Position numbers and translations under genes: made by a program
NCBI RefSeq assembly: GCF_009914755.1
Contig: NC_060941.1
DNA length: 64,000 nt
Direction: 5' to 3' (one strand)
Source: the human T2T-CHM13v2.0 reference genome, Homo sapiens
The notes under the pieces: generated by a model
Told to the model about the DNA's origin: nothing
Databases searched by the model: none
What the model saw: the letters and a program-made list of their open reading frames with translations, nothing else
Shown here: positions 31,774 through 43,387 of the stretch, piece by piece
Position numbering within the stretch: the stretch's first letter is position 1
Layout: each line of letters opens with the position of its first letter

Positions 31774-32152
31774 TTTTTTTTTTTTTTTTTGGTTGTTGTT
31801 TTCCTTTTTTTTAATTTATTTTTTATTTATTTTTATTTATTATTTATTATTTATTATTTATTTTTTTATTATACTTTAAGTTTTAGGGTACATGTGCACA
31901 ACGTGCAGGTTAGTTACATATGTATACATGTGCCATGTTGGTGTGCTGCACTCATCAACTCATCATTTAACATTAGGTATATCTCCTAATGCTATCCCTC
32001 CCCCGACCCCACAACAGGCCCTGGTGTGTGATGTTCCCCTTCCTGTGTCCATGTGTTCTCATTGTTCAGTCCCCACCTATGAGTGAGAACATGCGGTGTT
32101 TGGTTTTTTGTCCTTGCGATAGTTTGCTGAGAATGATGGTTTCCAGCTTCAT
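31774..32152 (-). mobile_element. Very short 5'-truncated L1PA3-like element with composite tail
   Basis: L1PA 3' UTR and last ORF2 codons; TSD CAGTATCACT at 31764-31773 and 32153-32162. Confidence 0.88.
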
Positions 32153-33805
32153 CAGTATCACTGTTTTGATTAATGTAGGTTTGTTGTAGTAAGTTGTAAA
32201 ATTGGAACGTGTGAGTCTTTCAGCTTTATTGTTCTTAAAGATTGTTTTGGCTATTCAGGGCCCCTTGTCATTCCATTTGAATTTGAGCATTGGCTTTTCT
32301 TTTTCTGAGAAAAGGGGTGTTGGAATTTTGTTAGATGTTGTGTTAAAACCGTATATCACTTTGTGTAGTATTGACATCTCTACAATATTGTCCTCCTATC
32401 CATTATTTAGGTCTTCTTTAATTTCTGACAGCATTTTAATTCATTGTCCATCCACTTCAAATTAGGCAGGAGTTGTTAGCAGATGGGTGGTTGGCTGATC
32501 ATTTTATTCACATGTGCAACCAGAAAATTGACTTTATTCCCATTTCTGCCTGTCTTCCCTCCTTTATTTACTAAGAACTTACTACTGGGAGGCATTTTGC
32601 TATATTAGTGATAAATAAAATATACTGCCTGGCCTATTGTACGAATTAACTGTGTTACATAATTAATTGATTTGATCTGGAAGAGAGCAACTCTCAGCAG
32701 GCCGTGAGAAATTAAAGACACAAAAAATTATATCTAGTCAGAGATACAGCCTTTTCTCTTTAGAGGAGATGGCATTTGGGCTGCAGAGATAGTGAAGCAG
32801 AACATTCCAGAAAGAGGAAGCAGTACATAGCAGAAGTCTAATTTAGTTAGAATATGGGGTGTAATGCAGAGCCACAGAAGTTTAAGAATGGAAAGAGTGC
32901 TTGTTGCTTTGAATGCTTTGTTTTAATAAGAATGGGAAACTGAGGTTTTGAGCAGGGGTAACAATATTGACATGATCTGAGCTATGCTATGGGAAAACTA
33001 ATCTCTAAATAATCAGTTAAGATAGTTTGGAGGAAGGAGAGACTGGTACAGGGAGACCGGTTTGGAATTATCTAGACAAAAAGTAATGAGGGCCTAGGTT
33101 ATGCTAGTGGCAACGAGAGTAGAGTCAAAGGATGACATTTTAGATATTCTATAGAGGTAGAATTGACAAGATTCAGCAAATTATGGATGATAGTGAGATA
33201 GAGAAGTCAAAGACAAGAGGTTTCATTGCTATGTAAGAAAATGAGTTAATACCATTAACTGAGTTAGGAAAAAGAAGAGATTTTGGGAAAAGGTGGTAAG
33301 TTGGGTTTTTGAACCTGTCTGCACAGGCAGTTCCTGTACCTTGATAATATCAATGCCGTATTGCAGGGAGTGGATATTGTCACCAGCAGGGGTCCAGGTT
33401 GAGGGTATGAGAGAGCTGATGATCATTATCTCCATAGCTTCAAGTACAACTGTGACATTTCTGGGTTTTGAGGGAAGCTGACCCTCTTCTGCATGTACTC
33501 ATTCATTCATTTCTTCAGCAAACCCGAATAAACCCCATCTACCTGGCACTACCAGGCACTGTGGGAAGCACTGAAGATAGGAAAATGAATTCGACATAGC
33601 CCCTGTCCTCAAGGGCTCTCATAGAGTTTGTGATTGATTATAATACAGAGAGGTTTATTTATATTTGTCATAAAATGCTTTACAGCTTCTTTGTTTACGT
33701 CAGCTACGTTTTCTTTTCATTTACTCCATTTGTTGTATTACAAAGCCTTATTCTTTCTTTTACTTATTAATTTTCCCACATTTGATTTTGAACTTTATAT
33801 TCTAG

Positions 33806-33937
33806 GATTATAGTGTCACCTATGGCCATTGTCCGGAAATCACAGTATACACAAGCTGCTGTTACTTTCCTAGTGCTGCACGACTCCCTTCCTTGTGGGC
33901 AGACAATAAGAGATCTCTTCTTAGTATGTTAGTGGAG
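33806..33937 (+). CDS. CPD: Carboxypeptidase D exon 18
   Basis: ttctag|GAT...GAG|gtgagt; DYSVTYGHCPEITVYTSCCYFPSAARLPSLWADNKRSLLSMLVE. Confidence 0.96.
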
Positions 33938-34502
33938 GTGAGTCTTTTCCTTTTAACTAGAGGCAAACTCCCAGGAATATGTTCAGTGAAAACCTTTATC
34001 AAAACATTGTCTTTTACCAAAAATGTATATTATTTATTTTAAATTTATATAGAAAGAAGAGTTTTGGTCATTTTATGTTTCCTAAATAGATGCCATTTAT
34101 TCACATCTCTGGAATCTGCTATAATTTAGGTAATTTGACCTTGCAAGATGCTGCAAGTTCTTTAATTTGAATATCACAGAGTTACTGGAGTCAGTATACC
34201 ATGGTGGGAAGGAAATCACTCAAGGCATTAGAAGATTGGGTTCTAATGCTTCAGGCTATGACAATATCAGAGTTCTCTTTTATTTCCAGCTCTGTGAGCC
34301 TGAATATTGAATGAATAGCAAACAAGGTCAGAGTCAGTGGGGAGGGAAGAGAAGAAGCAGGCCATACAGAGTTTGATACTTGTTTGTGTGTGGTTTTTGT
34401 TTTGTTTGTTTGTTTGGTTGGTTTTGGTCATGCCTCAAGCTAGTGCCTCTACCATGTCTGGCATTATGACAACATAAATTTATATTTTAAACATTTTTTC
34501 AG

Positions 34503-34688
34503 GTTCACAAGGGAGTTCATGGATTTGTTAAAGATAAGACTGGAAAGCCAATCTCTAAAGCAGTCATTGTACTTAATGAAGGAATAAAGGTACAAACAAA
34601 AGAGGGAGGTTATTTCCATGTACTCTTAGCGCCAGGTGTCCATAACATTATTGCCATCGCTGATGGGTACCAGCAACAACATTCACAG
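34503..34688 (+). CDS. CPD: Carboxypeptidase D exon 19
   Basis: tttcag|GTT...CAG|gtaaga; VHKGVHGFVKDKTGKPIS...GYFHVLLAPGVHNIIAIADGYQQQHSQ. Confidence 0.96.
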
Positions 34689-34995
34689 GTAAGAAACTCA
34701 AATTGAGTAGCATCATGTAAATTTTTATTCTTAATAATACTTCTGTTTTATTTTGAAACTCTTGTTAGAAATCTTGAAGGGAATAAAGAAATTAAAAGTG
34801 TGACTGCCTCTTGATTATGATATCTTGTTATCCTTGTACCCCTTGCTAACAAAAGGGAAAATTTTCTAGCATTTTGTATACTTTAGATGGCAATGCATCA
34901 TCTCCTTAGTTTGCTATATGGGGCCTAATAATATAGCAGGGATACAGTACACCTTAAGCAGAATTTGTCATGATTCTTACACTTTCTCCTTCTAG

Positions 34996-35095
34996 GTCTT
35001 TGTGCATCATGATGCAGCTAGTTCTGTGGTGATAGTCTTTGACACAGATAACCGGATATTTGGTTTGCCAAGGGAGCTTGTGGTAACTGTATCAG
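34996..35095 (+). CDS. CPD: Carboxypeptidase D exon 20
   Basis: ttctag|GTC...TCAG|gtaaag; VFVHHDAASSVVIVFDTDNRIFGLPRELVVTVS. Confidence 0.96.
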
Positions 35096-35277
35096 GTAAA
35101 GACATTTTGATTTTTAGTAGTAAAAGTTAAAAACAATCTTGACATTTCAATATGAGAGTGGGTCACCTCTCTCATATTGATCCTGAAACTAATCACTTGT
35201 CTTCTAATGTCTCCTTATCTAAATGTGATTTTCCTGGACCTCTGTTCTCGCATATGTTCTCCTGGCTTGCCTTTCTC

Positions 35278-35788
35278 TGCCGAGACCAGCTCCATCAAGG
35301 AGACCCTAACCCAGCGGTGCTAGAGAAATTAAAGACACACACAGAAATATAGAGGTGTCAAGTGGGAAATCAGGGGTCTCATAGCCTTCAGCGCTGAGAA
35401 CCTCCAACAGAGATTTACCCAGGTGTTTATTAACAGCAAGCCAGTCATTAGCATTGTTTCTATAGATATTATATTAGCTGAAAGTATCCTTTATGGGAAA
35501 CGAAGGGATGGGCCAAAATAAAGGGATGGGTTGGGCTAGTTATCTGCAGCAGGAGCATGTCCTTAAGGCACAGATCACTCATGCTATTGTTTGTGGTTTA
35601 AGAACGCCTTTAAGCAGTTTTCCGCCCTGGGCGGGCCAGGTGTTCCTTGCCTTCATTCCGGTAAACCCACAACCTTCTAGTGTGGATGTCATGGCCATCA
35701 TGAACATGTCACAGTGCTGCAGAGATTTTGTTTATGGCCAGTTTTGGGGCCAGTTTATGGCCATATTTTGGGGGGCCTGTTCCCAACA
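35278..35788 (-). mobile_element. Solo MER9-type LTR (HERV-K HML-3)
   Basis: 511 bp; minus strand TGTTGGGAACAGGCCCCCC...GCTGGTCTCGGCA; 6-bp TSD tttctc/cttctc. Confidence 0.88.
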
Positions 35789-35794
35789 CTTCTC

Positions 35795-36062
35795 TTTCTT
35801 CAGGTCTATACTCAAACGTCACCTCCACGGAGAGGCTTTCCCTGATCACCCTAGCTACCCCTGTCACTATCTCTATCCTGCTTTTTTTCATTATAGCACT
35901 TTCATAACATTATATATTTGTTCATGTATTTGTCTATATTCAATCTCTCCCACTAAAACATAAGTTCTGAGAGAGGGAGGAATCTACCTGTATCCTCCAA
36001 GCCTAGAACGATGGTTAGCACGCAGTGGGTCTTAATGAAGAGTTGTTGAATGAATGAATGAT
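35795..36062 (+). mobile_element. L2 3' end
   Basis: ctcaaacgtcacctcc...gaggctttccctgatcaccct...gcctagaac...gttgttgaatgaatgaatg. Confidence 0.7.
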
Positions 36063-36682
36063 TTGCTTTATATTAAAGTCATAAGTTCCTAGGACTTTGA
36101 CTTATATTAGTTCCGCTTTTTCAAGATCCAGGAAAGAGGAAATGTTTGTTTACGCTGGAACTAATTCATGTCATTGCTTGGATTACTGAAAGGTTAGGAA
36201 GGAAAAAAATGTGGTAAAATGAATACTCTGCTATACTTTATCTATTTGATACAAACAGCCTTAGTTTATTTCTAAGTGCAGCTTGGATGAGGCAGAATAA
36301 CCAAGTTTTATCACAGGGTTCCTGTGGGAGAGACCCTTAGTTGAGAGAAAGTAGTATATTGGAAACATGGCCCAATCATAGATCCTGTGTGGTGTGTTTA
36401 AAGGGTTCTTAGCTTGTCTCAGATAAAGTGTAAATAACTTAGTGGTTAAAAACACAGGAGGTAGAATTCAGCCATGGTTTAAATCTGGCTCTGTCACCCA
36501 TTAGCTATTGTGAACTTAGTTTTTATTACTTTTAGTTTCTAACACTTTTATTTTGATAACCTTGTACAAATTTAAAATAAACAAGGAGATTTGGATGAAA
36601 TGAAAGTTTACTGGAAAGGAAAAGTATAATAGAAGTCATAAAAAGCAGGTTGCAGAACAGTAGACACAGTATAATTTCATTA

Positions 36683-36942
<260 letters not shown>

Positions 36943-37213
36943 AAAGATCTTATAACTAAAAATGATCTCTGGGTAATGGAAATGTAAATATAGGAGGTTT
37001 TTTGGTTTTGGCTTTTGTTAGTTTGCTTATCTGTATTTTTAAACTTTGTATATTGTACATATACTGCTTCTATAATAATAAAGGTTGTTCTTAAGTGCAT
37101 GAAATAGAAATAAAATAAATGAGGGGTATATTATTAAAAGTTCCATTGTAAGCGGCTGCTTATTAATATCCTTAAAGTATAATATCACCCACATGATGGT
37201 TTTTGTTTGTCAG

Positions 37214-37440
37214 GTGCTACTATGTCGGCATTGATCCTAACAGCTTGCATTATTTGGTGCATCTGCTCAATCAAGTCTAATAGACACAAGGATGGCTTTC
37301 ATCGGCTCAGGCAGCATCATGATGAGTATGAAGATGAAATTCGCATGATGTCTACCGGCTCCAAGAAGTCCCTCCTAAGCCATGAGTTCCAGGATGAAAC
37401 AGACACTGAAGAGGAAACATTATATTCTAGCAAACATTGA
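37214..37440 (+). CDS. CPD: Carboxypeptidase D exon 21 coding part (TM segment, Cys cluster, cytosolic tail, stop)
   Basis: tgtcag|GT; (G)ATMSALILTACIIWCICSIKSNRHKDGFHRL...SLLSHEFQDETDTEEETLYSSKH*; acidic cluster, FxxL and di-Leu sorting motifs typical of CPD/gp180. Confidence 0.97.
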
Positions 37441-40400
37441 AAAACACATTTTGCATATCTCCCAGCATAAGTACCAAGCAAAATTACAGTTCCTCTTGGG
37501 AGAACACTGCATTAAGAAGAGAGACTCTCTTGCTTCTTCAAAGAGCTTTGGGAAATTAAATTGCTAAATTTGTATTCTCTGTGAATTTCACTGGCAGTTT
37601 TGAACTTCCCTTCCTTAAAGTACTCTAAACCTTTAAAAAAAAATCTGATTTATGCAGCAGAGATGGGACAGCCACTTTTTCTTTTTAATTTAAGATGAGC
37701 TATTTGGAGCTTATGTAATAATGGCATAAAGCCAACTAGAGGATGTTGTATTTTGCACATCAGATGTTTACTAGTGGCTTTAGTATTTTTCTTTGTTTTA
37801 AATGGCCAAAAGAATCCAGAAACATTAAGGCAGGGACAGCAGTCAGAATCGACATAAAGCTTTAAAAACTCAAGGTTTTTTCAACCTACTGAGGAGTACT
37901 TTTCTCTAGTTGTTAAATAGCTGGAGTTTTTCTTATTCAGGTTTAATGGAGGTTGAATTGATTTTTAAACACATATAACAGTAGGAAATGAATAAATGGG
38001 CTTCTGCATTTGGCTTTCTACCTGTTCCAAGGCTAGATCGGAACTGGTAGACTACGCTGTAAGCAGGATTTCACTACCTCTCTTAAGGTTTAGCAAACTT
38101 CTAAATAGCCCATTTTAAGGGAGAACTTACTAACTTTATTGTGAAAGGTCTAAATGCCCACTTGAATGAAGCTGAGAGAGAGATCTAGCAAAAGCTAAAA
38201 CTCATGTTGTCTATCTTTGAACTTGGTAAAAACCCACAGGTGCTGCTGCTTATATCTGTGAAGCACTAGCTTATTCTAGGAATGCCTGATTCTTTAATAT
38301 TGCCTAAATCGGAACCTTTTTCTATGTTGCACACATGGTTTTCAGATGACCCAGCCATCTACAAGATCTGAATTCTACTGAAAATATCTAGAAATGTGGA
38401 AGAGACCTACTTGCACATTCTTAACCTGTATTTGAACACAAAATATCTATACTTCATGCTCCAGCCCAAGCCTATACCCTGTAATAGCATACTATTATTG
38501 AAATCGCTTGACCGGTCTTGTTCACATAGGCCTCTGGGAGTGATTTGGTTCTTTGCCCTAATGTTTCATTTGACGGTCTCTTTTTGATCAACCAATTTTT
38601 CTAAAAGTTCAGTCGAAAGCTTTTAAGTATAGCTTCCTCCCTTGAAAAAAAATGTAAACTATGACTGCTGAGTGATAAAACACTGTGGTGTGAAAGTGTC
38701 ATCTTCACTGCCAATCAGGCAAAGACCGGAAAGATTTGCATTTTATTATGTCTGTCTTATCATGCAATGGAAATGATGCTTTTTGTAAGTATGCATCTTA
38801 CCAATGATGTAACGGTTTAATACCTTTGAATGTTTTAATAACCAAGTTGCTGCTGAACTTATACTAAATCAGGGGACCAAAAAACTTGCTCTTATCTTCT
38901 CAAATTGTATTCTATATCCATTAATGTATCAGTTATCCCAAAGCCTTCAGGTGGAGGGGTTTACCACCTTCCTAGGTCGTTCAACCAGGTTTTGTGAGGA
39001 ATGCATTCAAAGTGGCTTTATAAAAGAAGATTTTCTTTAGCAAGAATAATGAGGTCATGTCATTTGTTAATAAGTATCTGTGATAAATCCGTGGTTCAAG
39101 GTTAAGCCATTCTGGTATTCTGGTATTAGCAACTGTAAATTCTGCCACCTCATACATGGAACAGAGCTTGTGGGATGCTAATAGTTAGTGAAGTATACAT
39201 GATTTAATTTCTAATAATCTTTATGTTTTCTTTAAGGATGGTGGTGTATTGCTCTTTTTCAGCTTTATTTTTAAGAGTACAGTCAGGAAACCAACAAGGG
39301 GCCTAAGAGTGGCTGCCCCTGCTTGGGACATTACAGCAAGTGAAACAAAGTTAATGTGACAAGCTTTGCTTTGTTATCATTGGTCTTCACTAGAGGATAC
39401 CTTTTACATGTACTTCTCTCTTGGATCAAATATGTCTTTAACTGTACATCTCAGTGGCTGGAGGCCATGCCTTTTAAGCATGTGTAAAATTTTTAAAGAA
39501 ATGAACATACACATAGTTATTTTAGTAATATTTCCTGAAAGAAAAACCAAATTCTGCTATAAGTCTTGATCTTCAATGAACTTTTAAATAATGCATTTAG
39601 CTGGAAAACAAGACTTTCCCAGCTTGTATTACCTAGAAGCGTGAATGTATAGGATACCTGACTACTAAGACTATATTCTCAGCCCTGCCCTGTCTTTTAT
39701 TTGCGGGTCTAATCTAATATTAGAATATATTAACCGCTTAAGGCATTGAAGCCATATGGGATGGGGAATGCATTTCTTCAGTGTTTCTCCGAGAGACTTT
39801 CCATTTCCTTGGAGTTATGGCGGCAAGTAAGTATCATAGTATTAAGAAATTTGCCTAAATCTGAGTTGTGCCTTTCTTTACTCACAAGGCATGGGCTTTG
39901 TCCTGGTGATCAGTTTGTAAGCCTTCTTCCTTCCCAGCTCCTTAATAAAAGCAAAGTGATTGAGTAGGTAATGTTCAAAGTGTCTGCCTGTGTACATGTA
40001 CTTGTATTGATTATGTAGTTCAGTAAGATGTGCCCAAGTCATTTCAGAAAGAAAGACCCTTCAGTTTTGATGCATTTTGCTGAACACTTGGGTAGTGAGT
40101 GGGATCCTATCCAGTTGAGGAATGCTTGCAATGCTCATTGAAGGGATTTGCTTTGGGACTTTGTCATCTTCCAGAAAGGAAACATATTGTATATTTGGCC
40201 CAGTGTGATTGATTGCTTTATCTTTGGTAACTTTTACTTGAATGGGATTTGCTGAATTAATGACTATTGAATTTAAAACTAATTATGAGTTGACAAATAA
40301 ATAAAAGGTAGTGTTTATGTCTGAGCTTATTGTGTTTGAGCTAACACCAGGTTACTCAGTAACCATGACCTGCTCCTCCATTTCCATTTATTCTCAACAT

Positions 40401-42290
40401 TAAATAGTTTTATCTTGTTGTTGCCAGAAATGCACTTGTGCCAGGTATTGTCCCTGCTGTATGAAAAGCTTCTTGGCAATGAATTCTGTAATAGTGCCCT
40501 ACATTATGGTTTTCTGGTGGAATTGTTTTAACAGTGACAACCCAGGATTTCCAATATATTTTTGTTTTATTGTTATTACCAAAAATTCCACTATGATTGA
40601 TGTTCAGTGATTTTCTATAGCAACTTTTTTGGTAACTCTTTGGGTTTCTGATTTGTTTTAGCTAAAATTTTGGGGATATGATTTGGGTCTTTGATTAATG
40701 TCAGCTGAACTTGGATTTCTAGTTCATGAAGAAATCTCTCCCAATACCCATTTATCCTATTTTTAGCAATAATTCGTTAATGATTCCACTTGATTTTCAG
40801 AATATTGTCCTGGTTGATTTTGATTTGACAGCATACATTATGAAATTTGAAAGTAGGTTACCATTTTGAGGCAGTTGGATATAAATTATGTAAATATGTA
40901 TGATTATGATTTTTATAAATGGCATAACATGAGTGTACTAACTACCTTCTATGCTGGCCATGCTACAGATTTTCTGGAGGTATGACAATAGTATTTTTTT
41001 ATGCTCAGATTAAAAATCAGCTTTTCACCTCTCCAGTTTTTCCAAGTGATACTCCCAGTTCTAGAGCAATCTACAGCTGTTTATGTGAGGTGCCCAACAC
41101 CCATTCATCTCAAGTGCTTCAGTCTTTGGTTTATTTCATGCACTGTGCCTTCAAAATGAAATTTTTAAAAGGGACTTTAAATGAAGTTGAATAGTAGTTT
41201 TTAAAAGTCAATTTGTAATTTATGTGAAATCTAACTGTAATGAGGTCCTTTCTGTTTTTTATATGTAAACAGATCTACTAATCCTGTATAAAAGTTATTT
41301 TACGATGTTTGTCTTTCTTTGTGTTTTGTCTCATAATCTTTTTTCAGATGCAATATGCCGGAAAAAGTTATAGGTCCAGTTTGAAAATTATTTAGTTTTT
41401 CTGCCTATGCTAGTGGAAAAATAGTACCAGGATCAGAATACAGGGTATCACCTATGGAATGTTTCTGTATTTATGAATTGACTCAAAAGAAAGCTTTGTT
41501 TCTGAAATCGCATTATGTAGTAGCCACAGTTTTCTGTTTGTAGCTCAGCTAGATTGTTATATATGTTCAATCATTTCACAATAACAACACAAAACTGGTC
41601 ATTGAAAGGTTTTTATGTACGCATTTTAAACTTGTTCGTTAAAAATTTGGTCCTTTTTCCAGGTGAGGCCCAGTTAGAATAATGTGTCCCGGCACTTTTA
41701 GGCACAGCAAGGATGAATTCAATATCCCCTTTTCACTTAGCAACAATGTGTTACTTCTACCCTAATAGGAATTGGGAAAGCAAAGTTGTATGAGAAACAG
41801 ACTCTGCTGATAAAGTACTCATAGTCCAGACCAGAGAAATATAAATGGAAATAGGTTATATTTCAATAGTGATTGGTTCATCTAAAAGTCTCTGCTGTAA
41901 AGGAAATAAAGCATAGAGGTTTGAGCATGGACTTTGGAGTTGGACCAATCTGTGACTGATTCTTCGTTCTGCTACTTGCTTCCAATGTGACCTTGTACAA
42001 GTTTCTTGACATTCTCTGAGCCTCAGTTTCTCTACTGGTTGAATAATCCTTGATAGGATTGCAGTGGAAAATTAAATGAAATAATGTTAGCAAAGGTCCC
42101 AACATAATATTTGACTTGGAATTGAATGCCCATGGTAACCAGCATCATTTTCCTTCATGTGATGTCTTCTTATGCCTTTGAAAGAAAGTTACTTTATCAA
42201 ATGTATAAATAAAGATCTGTTTATAGGTGATCTTTTTAATTTAGAAGAAATTCTGAGACACAAATAAAAAAAGAAATTTTTTATTATGTG
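37441..42290 (+). other. CPD: CPD 3' UTR (end approximate) with multiple poly(A) signals
   Basis: Follows the stop codon; Alu/L1-free; AATAAA at 37991, 39944, 40296/40300, 41905, 42208, 42263. The true end cannot be determined from sequence alone. Confidence 0.7.
41905..42105 (+). mobile_element. MIR within the distal CPD 3' UTR
   Basis: tgtgaccttgtacaagtttcttgacattctctgagcctcagtttctc. Confidence 0.7.
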
Positions 42291-42771
42291 GTTCAATAGA
42301 TTGTCTAAAGCATGGCAGTAAAGTTTTAATTATGCCAAGATGCTTCATATTTGTTTTTAAATGAAATTAAGTTGTATTTATGCTTCTTTAGTGAAAACAA
42401 CGTTACTTAACTGCTACAGGAAGTGTGAATAGTGATAACAGTTCTTTTTCTCTCAGTGTTTGAAATATTTTCCTGAATTTTCTTAGTTTTCTCATACCTG
42501 AATCAAGAACCCTTTTGGTTTGTTTCATAAACAGTAATCTAGTTATTATGTTCAGCTTTTCAGATTTATAATAGCTGATTGTTCTCAGCAAATTAAACAT
42601 GATGGTCAACGCTAATACTACTCAATTATGAATAAGTGCCATTGTGTGGGTCTTCATGTCTTAGACTCACTTATAGTTAGAATACCAACTGGTTCTATGC
42701 TATTTATTGCAAACCTCAGATAAATACACCATTAATTATTACACACAACTTTAAAGCAATAAAATCAGTAG

Positions 42772-43387
<616 letters not shown>

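Noticed and set aside
35493-35963. 156-aa + strand ORF
   Set aside because: It runs antisense through the MER9 LTR into an L2 remnant; no recognisable domain
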